DNA from: Mucilaginibacter gynuensis
Lineage (GTDB): Bacteria; Bacteroidota; Bacteroidia; Sphingobacteriales; Sphingobacteriaceae
DNA: 32,000 bases
NCBI RefSeq assembly: GCF_039541195.1
Contig: NZ_BAABFT010000005.1
Span: 106,035-138,034 of the forward strand
Direction: 5' to 3'
Shown here piece after piece: positions 1 through 8,717 of the stretch. How positions within the stretch are numbered: position 1 is the first letter of the stretch; each line of letters starts with the position of its first letter. The notes beneath the pieces are model-generated. The model was not told the DNA's origin. It searched no databases and saw only the letters and a program-made list of their open reading frames with translations. Position numbers and translations under genes: made by a program.

Positions 1-965
1 GTATCGGCCAGGTTTTTACGTACGGCAACTATCGCGCTATCGCCCGAATCGGTAAAGTAACTGTGCCCGGCAATAACTTTGGGTACGCTCTTCAAGTTAT
101 TAAGGCTGTATTTGCTCCCGTTGTCAAAAAATGCCTGGATCTGGCTTGATGATGCCGATTTACCCGAATACAGGTAGGTAAGCATCCCTGCTTCGGTAGT
201 AAGTATTTGGGTCTGCAATTTATTTTTTGCCAGCGATGCATCCAGAGCCAATATCACACGATGAATATCTTCATTTGCCCATGGGCTACCCTCCTGGCTG
301 GCCTGCCCCGGTTTGTTCGACCAATCCCACTGCGGTTCGTTCACCGGACTTATGTAACTAAAATGCAGTCCTTCTTTATCGAAGTGCTTTATAACGGTCG
401 CCAAAAATTCGGCGTAGTCATTATACCTATCAGGCTTTAAATTGGCCTTATAGTCTTTCTCCGTTTTAAAACCCCGGTTGTTTTGGGTGAACTGTACAGG
501 CGGCGTGTTTGAAAAAGCGATGAGTTCTTTAACACCATAACTTTTTGCTTTTCGTAAAAACCACTGGTAACCAGCCTGCTTGTTCCAATCATAAGTACCA
601 TCGGGTGCCAGGAAAGATTCTACCCTTTTACGAAAATCGACAATGCCGCTGCTGTCGCCTTGCTCGGCAGTACCGCCGCCAATATTGAACCGCCATGCGG
701 AAAGACCAATGCCCTGCGGGTTGCCGCCTTTATCAACCTCACTACTGAACAATAGTTCAGCAATCTTTTCCTTTTTTTCAGAAGGCCAGTATTTGCCTAT
801 CCCCTCGGAAAACCAGCAACCCGAAGCACCTATATTCTGAATGGTTTGCACCTTGTTTTCCGCGTCTATCTGCAAAATTAATGTTGGCGTATTTTGTGCG
901 CGGGTATTGCCCGTTAAAGCAAACAAGGCAACGCCCGAAAGCAGTAATGATGTTAGTGTTTTCAT
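1..965 (-). CDS. Glycoside hydrolase, GH30-like (clan GH-A); the 3' end of the gene (protein C-terminus) is cut by the window edge
   Basis: My own translation of the minus strand from ATG (complement of 963-965) stays open to position 1. It reads MKTLTSLLLSGVALFALTGNTRAQ (signal peptide) ...QTIQNIGASGCWF...ISPVNEPQWDW..., and the NEP acid/base motif fits GH30 or clan GH-A enzymes. The gene is missing from the ORF track because no stop codon lies in the window. Confidence 0.6.
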   Translation of the reverse strand, partial: MKTLTSLLLSGVALFALTGNTRAQNTPTLILQIDAENKVQTIQNIGASGCWFSEGIGKYWPSEKKEKIAELLFSSEVDKGGNPQGIGLSAWRFNIGGGTAEQGDSSGIVDFRKRVESFLAPDGTYDWNKQAGYQWFLRKAKSYGVKELIAFSNTPPVQFTQNNRGFKTEKDYKANLKPDRYNDYAEFLATVIKHFDKEGLHFSYISPVNEPQWDWSNKPGQASQEGSPWANEDIHRVILALDASLAKNKLQTQILTTEAGMLTYLYSGKSASSSQIQAFFDNGSKYSLNNLKSVPKVIAGHSYFTDSGDSAIVAVRKNLAD

Positions 966-1032
966 TGTGTTTTAAAAGTAGGTAAATAGCAGTAACATGG
1001 TAAGTGTTGTTTATAAATAGTATTAAGTAATT

Positions 1033-1060
1033 GTCATTGTTGCGAGTTGCAAAGCAATTA
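1033..1060. repeat. Degenerate copy of the palindromic repeat unit GTCATTG(N)GCGAG...AAGCAAT
   Basis: The sequence gtcattgttgcgagttgcaaagcaatta resembles the units at 1096-1119 and 1457-1482. Confidence 0.5.
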
Positions 1061-1095
1061 TCTTATTGCGTTTTAACTCGGTTTCTATCACTATC

Positions 1096-1119
1096 GTCAT
1101 TGCGAGGAACGAAGCAATC
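1096..1119. repeat. Palindromic (REP-like) repeat unit GTCATTGCGAGGAACGAAGCAATC
   Basis: The cattgc/gcaat arms can form a hairpin. The 5' half (gtcattgcgagg) and the aagcaat motif match the copy at 1457-1482. I recall this unit as a recurrent intergenic repeat in Sphingobacteriia. Confidence 0.65.
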
Positions 1120-1179
1120 TCTACGTAGGTTTTTGTTGTGCTATGATTAAAGTCAGTTTGCTCATTGCCGCAGGGGCTA

Positions 1180-1206
1180 CTACTTTTGGCTGTGCCCCAA
1201 AAGTAG
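1180..1206. repeat. Hairpin with a 10-bp perfect stem (ctacttttgg / ccaaaagtag) and a 7-nt loop, inside the repeat island
   Basis: Reverse-complement arms read directly at 1180-1189 and 1197-1206. Confidence 0.6.
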
Positions 1207-1419
1207 CAAAAGGGCATGTCCAGCAAAAGGCTTCTTTGCCGCACTTGGCCATGCCCTGCAAACCGTGCAGAACTTGGGGGCTGGTACTTTTGCCCCACCG
1301 CTCATTTCCTCCCCACGTGCAACAAGTTCCTATGCCCACCTACGCTCCTACCCACCACAGTTCTGCCCGCTTTCGCCCGAAGCTGTTTGCTGACGGAAAA
1401 CGGAAAGGGGTGTCTAAAG

Positions 1420-1438
1420 CCCTCTCCCATGGAGAGGG
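1420..1438. repeat. Palindrome ccctctcc-cat-ggagaggg (8-bp stem, 3-nt loop)
   Basis: Perfect inverted repeat read directly. It belongs to the same structured non-coding island. Confidence 0.6.
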
Positions 1439-1456
1439 TTGGGTGAGGCAAAACGT

Positions 1457-1482
1457 GTCATTGCGAGGTATAAAGCAATGAC
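1457..1482. repeat. Palindromic (REP-like) repeat unit GTCATTGCGAGGTATAAAGCAATGAC
   Basis: Perfect 8-bp stem, gtcattgc (1457-1464) with gcaatgac (1475-1482), and a 10-nt loop. It lies in direct orientation relative to the copy at 1096-1119. Confidence 0.7.
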
Positions 1483-1520
1483 AACACTTTTTATTGTAAA
1501 AACTTTCAAACAACACAACA

Positions 1521-1549
1521 AAACCGCGGTAGCATCACTACCGCGGTTT
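1521..1549 (-). terminator. Intrinsic terminator hairpin downstream of the last lipoprotein gene of the polysaccharide utilization locus
   Basis: Perfect 12-bp stem aaaccgcggtag / ctaccgcggttt with loop catca, 30 nt past the stop at 1579. On the minus strand a T-rich tract (tgttgtgttgtttg) follows it. Confidence 0.75.
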
Positions 1550-1578
1550 GTTAGTTTATTAGGGGTATTATTAGTTTG

Positions 1579-2568
1579 TTATTGTGGCAGTCGTGTTACG
1601 TCGGTAAGTTTTACTTCAACTACGTAGGTACCTTCCATTAACACCCTGAAACCAAATACCGGGTTTACGTTATTGTTGGGAACACCATCAATGGATGCGA
1701 AACGTTTAGGTATCCGATAGTAGATCAGGTATCCCCAATCCGTTGTTGGAGTTATGTATTTTACCAGCGGGAACGGCGCCACTTCGTAATCGCATATCAA
1801 CGCTGTATCAGTTGGTAATACCGGGTTAAATTTAGCATGCGATTCAAATGTTGGCCTGTCGCCGCGTTTTACTACCTCGCCATTGGCAGGGTTAAAGGCA
1901 ACACCATTTTTGTCGGTAATTTTTAAGATAACCCTTGCGCCATCGTTTGATATTTTGGTACAGGTAAGGCGTGGCGGCTTAATAGTAGTAAATGCTTCCG
2001 CATCGCTCGATCCGCTTGCTGCCTGATAGGTGATCTGGAAAACATCCTCAATACTTGGCTCAATTACGTTTATCCGCGCGAATGAAGGATAGGTTTTGGT
2101 ACCGAAAGAGTTAGTAGCCTTTAAATCGAACACATACACACCCAGCGGTAAATAGGCCGACGCCCTGTTAAAAGCCAGCTGCCCGCTTATAGGATTGAAC
2201 TCCATAGGTGCACGTAAAACGGTTTCCCGTTTAGCATTCAAAAGCGCCACGGTGGTATCGGTGGCCGCGTTAAAGGTCATGCCATTTTTAAACGTTGTTA
2301 TTTCATACTTTTTATAGAATTCCTCGGGTACCGGGGCGCCGGTAAGCACATCCCTGAAGTTGATCATCTCAAATTCGAACGGTGGCGTTGAGCCATCGGC
2401 ATTGATACGGTCTGAAAGGGTTAGGGTCATCCCCCGCTTAGCGTAAATATCATTATCCTTGTAACGAATGGTATCGCTTAAAAAGCCCTTATCTATTTTT
2501 TTACAAGCAATGGCCCCCATAATTACCAGGGCAAGCGCTGATGCTATTTTTATTGATCTGATTTTCAT
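1579..2568 (-). CDS. Surface lipoprotein of the polysaccharide utilization locus, a candidate glycan-binding protein; possibly the DUF5007 family, from memory only
   Basis: 329-aa ORF with a lipoprotein signal (MKIRSIKIASALALVIMGAIAC). It starts 13 nt after the preceding gene in the SusC/SusD operon. The family name is a recollection and was not searched. Confidence 0.65.
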   Translation of the reverse strand: MKIRSIKIASALALVIMGAIACKKIDKGFLSDTIRYKDNDIYAKRGMTLTLSDRINADGSTPPFEFEMINFRDVLTGAPVPEEFYKKYEITTFKNGMTFNAATDTTVALLNAKRETVLRAPMEFNPISGQLAFNRASAYLPLGVYVFDLKATNSFGTKTYPSFARINVIEPSIEDVFQITYQAASGSSDAEAFTTIKPPRLTCTKISNDGARVILKITDKNGVAFNPANGEVVKRGDRPTFESHAKFNPVLPTDTALICDYEVAPFPLVKYITPTTDWGYLIYYRIPKRFASIDGVPNNNVNPVFGFRVLMEGTYVVEVKLTDVTRLPQ

Positions 2569-2581
2569 TTTAATTGCGGGT

Positions 2582-3283
2582 TTAATTACCTAATGATTCA
2601 CCGTTAAAAAATAATCGCTGGTTGTCTGACAGTACGTGCAGTATCCCTGTGGTAGTGATAATACCGGAGGTTTGGCAATCGTAAGAGATATCTTTTTGAT
2701 TTTGCGGGATGCTTGCCTGGTCGGCCTCTTTATCGTCGCGTGTACCTATTACTTTGGTAAAGTTCACATAGTCAACATAATCAACATAGCCGCCATAATC
2801 TAACGTGCGGCGCAGCCTTATCATAAACTTCACGTTAGGTATAGCGCCCAGCATTGAATCGTACAGGGTGCCTTCAGTGGTCATTTGCGCACGGTTTATA
2901 GCACCCTTATACATGTAGATCTTCAACGAATCGCGCAACTCGGCAGCGTTCAGATCCTTGATACCGAAGTTGATATTCTCATCGCCTACTTCAATAATTT
3001 TCAATTGTTTTTTGGCTTTCACATAATCAACTATACCATAGTTAGTGGTAGCGAAAAAGGTGATGTTACCGTTTATTTCATCCTTCATACCGGCCTTATC
3101 AATTATGCGTACCAGCGAATCAAATTGCGGGCGCGATTTCAGGAAGTCGTACGTAGTCATGTTAACATGCGCGTTGGCTTTGCCCCCATCATTAATATAG
3201 TCGTTCTTTTTACACGCGGTAAGGGCAAGCAAACCCATTATGGCGCATAGTATATATCTGTTTATCTTTTTCATTTTATCCAT
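2582..3283 (-). CDS. Fasciclin (FAS1)-like lipoprotein
   Basis: 233-aa ORF with lipoprotein signal LLALTAC. The segment TTYDFLKSRPQFDSLVRIIDKAGM...ITFFATTNYGI resembles the FAS1 H1 region. The start may instead be the second Met (complement of 3272-3274). Confidence 0.6.
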   Translation of the reverse strand: MDKMKKINRYILCAIMGLLALTACKKNDYINDGGKANAHVNMTTYDFLKSRPQFDSLVRIIDKAGMKDEINGNITFFATTNYGIVDYVKAKKQLKIIEVGDENINFGIKDLNAAELRDSLKIYMYKGAINRAQMTTEGTLYDSMLGAIPNVKFMIRLRRTLDYGGYVDYVDYVNFTKVIGTRDDKEADQASIPQNQKDISYDCQTSGIITTTGILHVLSDNQRLFFNGESLGN

Positions 3284-3337
3284 TGTAATAAATCAATATC
3301 AATTGCTAACTAATCATTTCACTCTCGGGCCAGGCCA

Positions 3338-4945
3338 CTATATTTTGCCCAACCAGTAAGAGGTTTGTTTCAAGAGGTTATTATCACTGAATAATGATGG
3401 ATATACCGGCCAGTAAAAGCCTTCCTGTGCAAACCTGGTTGATGATAGCCAGGGCACAAAGGTTTCGTACTTACGGGTACGCAGCAAATCGTAAAATATA
3501 TGTCCTTCCAGGTACATCTCCTTGCCACGTTCAAGTATATACTCGTCCATCACCTGGTCTTTTGTAAGGTCGGTAGCTAACTGCGCATCGGGCGAGGCGC
3601 CGTATCTTTTCCTGAATGAATTAATAATGTCAATTGCTTTGCCCGTATTACCCTGGTAAAGGGCTACCTCCGCTTGCAGCAACTTCATATCACTCAGCCT
3701 GAAGATGATCATGTTGTTACTTACATAAGCATCCTGTAACTGCCCTGCATTACGGTAAACCACGTTATGGTATTTGATGCAGGTAGGGCGATCTGTACCA
3801 CGATAATCAAAGTTCTTACGATACCTTACATCAAGCGAATCGATCGTCTTTACAGATACTTCCGTCCAAACCCATTGAGAGCCTGTCCATACCCATTGCC
3901 AATCCTTGGTTAGTTTATAAAAATGATCGTTTAAATAACCTGTGTTAACATAGTTTCTGGAGTTGTCGCTGTTATAGGCTATATAGTTACTGCGTAGAAA
4001 CATATTGGCGATGCTCCAGCTTGAACCTTCTTTAGTGTTCTCGCTCATGTTCAGCTCAAATATGCCTTCGTTGCTTCGGCCTACAAACGTATCGTAATAC
4101 TTGCTGGTATCGGTTAAGGTATAACCGCCTTTGGCAATAACCGCTGTAAGTGTAGTATCGGCGCTTGCAACATCGGCAGCAATAGGTGTGTTTGAACGTA
4201 CATCCGTCATGGTTGCCCTCCACAGGTACAGGTGCGCTAATAAAGCGTAAACCGATCCTTTACTGGCCGTAATGTGAGCCTCCGCAGTATTGGTGTATCC
4301 CCAATCAAGCATGCCGATGGCATCATGGCAATCTTTTTCAATTTGCTTCATTACGTCAGCTTTCGGGCTACGCGGTAAATGCGGTGCGCTGATCGGATCT
4401 TCATAAGCCTCGGTAACCAATGGCACATCGCCCCAAACACGTGTCATCATAAAGTACGACAACGCACGTATAAACAATGCCTGGCCCATAATTTTGCGTT
4501 TAAACTGCGCCGGGTTGGTTACATCGGTCAGCTTATCTTCGGGTACGCCGGGCACCTTGCTTAGTACAATGTTCGACATCGCGATGGTTTTGTAATACGA
4601 TGTCCAGTTGGCCAGCGAGTTAAGGTTATAAATAAAGGTATAATCGCCATTCTGGATATTTTCGAGCCCGTCGCCCACATACTGCATGGTGAAATAACTC
4701 TTGGCTACCGCATCGCCATACATGTAATACCGCGGACTTGGATTATAAGTACCGCTATTAGCCGCGGCACGCAGTAAGGCGTAGTTACCCGCTATGGCAC
4801 TGTTTAAATCTCTTGAGCTTTGCCAAAAAACCTCAGAGTAAGTTGAATTTTGTGGTGTTTGTTCAAGTAGTTTCTTGCACGAACTTGTTAGCACGGCAAT
4901 AACCATTGCACACATTAAACTGCCTATCAGATATTTATTTTTCAT
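3338..4945 (-). CDS. susD: SusD/RagB-family nutrient-binding outer-membrane lipoprotein
   Basis: 535-aa ORF with lipoprotein signal LTSSC, starting 12 nt downstream of the SusC-like gene. Size and TPR-like composition are typical of SusD. Confidence 0.9.
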   Translation of the reverse strand: MKNKYLIGSLMCAMVIAVLTSSCKKLLEQTPQNSTYSEVFWQSSRDLNSAIAGNYALLRAAANSGTYNPSPRYYMYGDAVAKSYFTMQYVGDGLENIQNGDYTFIYNLNSLANWTSYYKTIAMSNIVLSKVPGVPEDKLTDVTNPAQFKRKIMGQALFIRALSYFMMTRVWGDVPLVTEAYEDPISAPHLPRSPKADVMKQIEKDCHDAIGMLDWGYTNTAEAHITASKGSVYALLAHLYLWRATMTDVRSNTPIAADVASADTTLTAVIAKGGYTLTDTSKYYDTFVGRSNEGIFELNMSENTKEGSSWSIANMFLRSNYIAYNSDNSRNYVNTGYLNDHFYKLTKDWQWVWTGSQWVWTEVSVKTIDSLDVRYRKNFDYRGTDRPTCIKYHNVVYRNAGQLQDAYVSNNMIIFRLSDMKLLQAEVALYQGNTGKAIDIINSFRKRYGASPDAQLATDLTKDQVMDEYILERGKEMYLEGHIFYDLLRTRKYETFVPWLSSTRFAQEGFYWPVYPSLFSDNNLLKQTSYWLGKI

Positions 4946-4957
4946 GCTTCCCGTTTT

Positions 4958-7900
4958 TTAAAAATTAACTTCAAGTCCAACTGTGTATTTCTTAGGAATA
5001 GGGTATCCTGCTCCGTTATACTCGCCATAAGGGTTTACCGCTTCGGCATCAGGTAAATATTGCGACTGCTGGAACATAGCCACGTTATCGGCAACGCCAA
5101 ACACTCTTACCCTGCCTAGGCCCAGTTTTTTAGTTACGGTTGACGGCAGATCGTATGAAAGGTTGATACTCTTGATACGGAAGTAACCGCCTTTTTCTAA
5201 GAAGAAAGTTTGTGCGCTGGTGTAATAGTAACGGTAGTTACCTATATCTACCTTAGCGTACTCAGCCACATCGCCGGGGCGCCTCCAGATATTGATCTTG
5301 CTGAAATCGGGCGTTGAATAGGCCGCGAAGTTTGAAGGCGAGCCGCTTGACGAGTTCGACATCAGATCTGACCTGAAAATATTCAGCACATCACGATCGA
5401 AAGTGAAGGTACAAAACACACCCACCGTGAAATTTTTCCAGGTAAAGTTGTTGGTGAAACCACCTGTCCATTTAGGGTTAGGGTCGCCAATTGGCAATTT
5501 ATCGGGGTTGATACCATCATTGAACGGATCGATAAGGTAATCACCATCCATATCGGCCAATTGAAAATCACCTGCCCTGTAAGCATTGCCACCTGCGGAC
5601 ATTCTGTCGCCGGTGTAAGGATTTACAGGCACATCGGCATCAGTTTTATATACACCTAATGTTTTGTACAGGTAGAAGGTATTGATAGGGCTACCCACAC
5701 TTAATATGTGCGATTTATCAAACCTGTCGCCGCTCAAAACCAAATCGCGACCGCCGTTTGGCAGGTTCATGATGGTGTTTTTATTGTACGATACGTTTAA
5801 TCTTGAAAACCATTTGATAGCACTTGTTTTAGGCAAAAGGTTAGCAGTGATAGACAGATCCACACCCGCGTTACGCACGCCAATTGAGTTGGTAAGGGCA
5901 TTATCATAACCTGTGGTAACCGGCAGCCTTACGCTGAACAATTGCATTGAGCTTTCTTTGTTATAAAAATCGAGCGCCATTGAGTACCTGCCGTTATCGA
6001 TCTCCACATCGGTACCTACGTTCCACTGGGTTGAACGCTCCCAGGTAAGGCCTGCCTGCGCAACACCATTAATAAAGTTTGGGGTAACCGCGGTAACACC
6101 GCCGTATGATGATGATCCGTTACTACCCGCGTAATCGCCGGCGTTAACATTGTACAGGTTATATTGCAGATAATTAGTTCCCGGTAAGCTACCTGTGGCA
6201 CCAATACTACCTCTTAACTTAAGTAAGGTAAATGGCGAGCCACCATCCTTCATAAAGTTCTCCTCAGAAATGATCCAGGCTACTGATGCCGATGGGAAGA
6301 AACCCCATTTGCTGTTTTTACCAAACCTTGATGAACCATCTGTACGGGTACTTACCGATAACAGGTATTTGCTATCATAATCATAAGCCGCCCTGCCATA
6401 GTATGACAGCAAACCGCTGGCCTGATAATCAGAATAACCGAAAATATTACTTTGCAGGAAACCCTGTACTACCGTAATTTGATCTGACGCGCCATTTGTA
6501 CCTGATGCAGTAGTGTAACGGAATTGATCGTACTGGATATCCTGACCACCTATTAAGCTGATGTTATGTTTACCGAACGAATTTGAGTAAGTAAAGTAGT
6601 TTGAGGTAAGCGCGGTTATACCGTTATCAGCATAAGAGTACGAGTAGTTACCCGTGTTGTTTCTTAAAAGGCTCGACTGGCTTTGATCCCTTCGTGCCGA
6701 GTTATTAAGAAACGACGATTGCGATGTAAATTTGAAGTTCTTGGTAATATCATAACCGATATTCAGGTTGAAAGTAAACTGGTTACTCACGTTCTGATCC
6801 GAATTGGCATTGTAGGCCCCTAAATAAAAATCTTTTTTAGTTTGCGATAATTCAAATAACGACGAAGGCATATTACCTGCCCCTAAAGATATAGGCGAAG
6901 CATTATCACCGTTACCCCTCGCCCGCTCTGAGCGCGAATAACCAACAATTGGGTTAATGGTCAACCTTTCTTTTAAAGCTTTGGTAAGCAGGTTAAGGCG
7001 CATGGTATAACGCTTAAATCCTGTAGCTTTAATAATACCTTCTTCATCATAATAACCCGAACTGAAACGGTAGGTTGTACCACCTGTACCACCGCCTGAT
7101 AAGCTTAGGTCGACATCTTTTATTTTACCGGTTTGGTAAAACATATCCTGCCAGTTGGTATTACCATTAAAGGCCGGGTTTAAACTATCGGTAAGCATAT
7201 AAGGCAGGTTCTTTTGCGAGGCATAGTCAAGCTGCGCCCTCAAAATGTCCATTTTTTGGCTGCGCTCTGCCGAACCGAGCGTAACGTCTCTCAGCTTAGG
7301 TTTTTGCGTAATACCTGTGTAACCGCTTATCATTACCTTAGGCTCGGTATTCAATCCCTTTTTGGTAGTGATCAAAATAACGCCGTTTGCAGCACGCGAA
7401 CCGTAAATAGCTGCAGCCGAGGCATCTTTCAATACGTCGACAGATTCGATATCGTTAGGGTTGATACCTGCCAGGTAGTTGTTACCTGTTCCGGTACCGG
7501 GGCCTACATAACTTTCGGTAGGTTGCGGTACACCATCTACCACATACAGCGGCGAGTTAACTACGCTGAACTCATTATAACTTGAATTTACCGTTGAGTT
7601 ACCACGTACCGATACGGTAGGCGTAGCACCCGGCATACCCGAAAAGTTTTGCACGTTTACACCCGACAAGCGGCCTTGTAATAACTGATCGAAACTGGAT
7701 GCCGGTAAATTGGCGATCTCTTTGGCCGATATACTGGATATTGCCGCGGTAGTTTTTTTACGGGTTACCTTTTGATAACCAATTACCACCACATCGTTCA
7801 GCGTGGTTTGGCTTTCTTCCATCACCACGTTTATGGTGGTTTTACCGTTTAGTTTTATCTCCTGTTTTATGTAACCTATATAGGTTATTATTAAGGTGGC

Positions 7901-8095
7901 ATCAGCCGGAGCCTCTATTGAGAATTTACCGTTATTATCTGTTTGCCCGCCTTTACCTCCCTTTACAACAATGCTTACAGATGGCAGTGTGTTCCCTTTA
8001 TCGTCTTTAACAACGCCCGTTATTTTTGTTTGGGCAAACACGTTTTGCATTAGCAACAGGCAAATGAAAACCGTTAGAAAGTATTTTTCTTTCAT
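4958..8095 (-). CDS. susC: SusC-family TonB-dependent outer-membrane transporter
   Basis: 1045-aa ORF with a signal peptide ending FAQ and an N-terminal carboxypeptidase-regulatory-like domain (ITGVVKDDKGNTLPSVSIVVKG). It has a plug region (GYQKVTRKKTTAAISSI...DVLKDASAAAIYGSRAANGVILITTKKG) and ends in a C-terminal aromatic residue (...LEVNF). Confidence 0.95.
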   Translation of the reverse strand: MKEKYFLTVFICLLLMQNVFAQTKITGVVKDDKGNTLPSVSIVVKGGKGGQTDNNGKFSIEAPADATLIITYIGYIKQEIKLNGKTTINVVMEESQTTLNDVVVIGYQKVTRKKTTAAISSISAKEIANLPASSFDQLLQGRLSGVNVQNFSGMPGATPTVSVRGNSTVNSSYNEFSVVNSPLYVVDGVPQPTESYVGPGTGTGNNYLAGINPNDIESVDVLKDASAAAIYGSRAANGVILITTKKGLNTEPKVMISGYTGITQKPKLRDVTLGSAERSQKMDILRAQLDYASQKNLPYMLTDSLNPAFNGNTNWQDMFYQTGKIKDVDLSLSGGGTGGTTYRFSSGYYDEEGIIKATGFKRYTMRLNLLTKALKERLTINPIVGYSRSERARGNGDNASPISLGAGNMPSSLFELSQTKKDFYLGAYNANSDQNVSNQFTFNLNIGYDITKNFKFTSQSSFLNNSARRDQSQSSLLRNNTGNYSYSYADNGITALTSNYFTYSNSFGKHNISLIGGQDIQYDQFRYTTASGTNGASDQITVVQGFLQSNIFGYSDYQASGLLSYYGRAAYDYDSKYLLSVSTRTDGSSRFGKNSKWGFFPSASVAWIISEENFMKDGGSPFTLLKLRGSIGATGSLPGTNYLQYNLYNVNAGDYAGSNGSSSYGGVTAVTPNFINGVAQAGLTWERSTQWNVGTDVEIDNGRYSMALDFYNKESSMQLFSVRLPVTTGYDNALTNSIGVRNAGVDLSITANLLPKTSAIKWFSRLNVSYNKNTIMNLPNGGRDLVLSGDRFDKSHILSVGSPINTFYLYKTLGVYKTDADVPVNPYTGDRMSAGGNAYRAGDFQLADMDGDYLIDPFNDGINPDKLPIGDPNPKWTGGFTNNFTWKNFTVGVFCTFTFDRDVLNIFRSDLMSNSSSGSPSNFAAYSTPDFSKINIWRRPGDVAEYAKVDIGNYRYYYTSAQTFFLEKGGYFRIKSINLSYDLPSTVTKKLGLGRVRVFGVADNVAMFQQSQYLPDAEAVNPYGEYNGAGYPIPKKYTVGLEVNF

Positions 8096-8717
8096 CAGAA
8101 TGATATATAATATTTATAGACCGGATATAAGCACTACTCACCGGGCCACGCGGAGATCGGTAGGCCTTATGTTTATGTGAGCAGCTTATTTAAATAACTA
8201 TCATTTATAGCTCAGTGCAGCCGTGCTGCTGTTTTGATGTATATTTGCCTGGCTGAGAACAGGCGCCTTTTTACAAAGCCAATACACCATTATTATAAGC
8301 TACAGCAGTAAATGCTCTGATTTGAAAAAGGTTCCGAAAATTGAAATAGTAAAATTAATGAACATACCAAATGGGGTTTTAAAGTGTTAAATAGTAATTA
8401 CTTATAAAAGTATCCGTTTGGCGTATGGGCATTATCACCTATTTTACCCTATAGTCACCGCTTTTTAACATATTGATAAAATATGCCCGAAATGGTTAAT
8501 AATTATCGAATAAAATTCAATGAATCGTATGAAACCTGTCAGATATCATAAGTTAACAGCCAGCATTTTATTGATTTAGCAGCCAAATGAAACGTTTTAC
8601 CAAATTTCAACCCGGTTTATTGCGCCATTTTGAAGCAATCTTTAAAAAAACACTGGTTATTATCCTGATTTTTTGTATTAGGTTCGATAGTTTTTTGAAA
8701 AACACAGCGCACTGTAC

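Noticed and set aside
207-840. Plus-strand ORFs of 77 and 65 aa (207-440 and 643-840)
   Set aside because: They lie antisense within the long open GH30-like frame on the minus strand. Their translations are low-complexity and have no start context, so they are shadow ORFs.
1023-1627. Six overlapping ORFs of 62-112 aa on both strands
   Set aside because: They overlap one another in the palindromic repeat island. Their peptides (for example ...IASFLAMT..., ...SHGEGWV...) are the familiar translation artefacts of these repeats. The 1439-1627 ORF also runs through the terminator into the next gene.
8681-8690. A ggttcgatag string that resembles a tRNA T-loop
   Set aside because: The surrounding 70-90 nt cannot be folded into acceptor, D and anticodon arms. 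The region is an AT-rich 5' leader, and I found no tRNA anywhere in the window.
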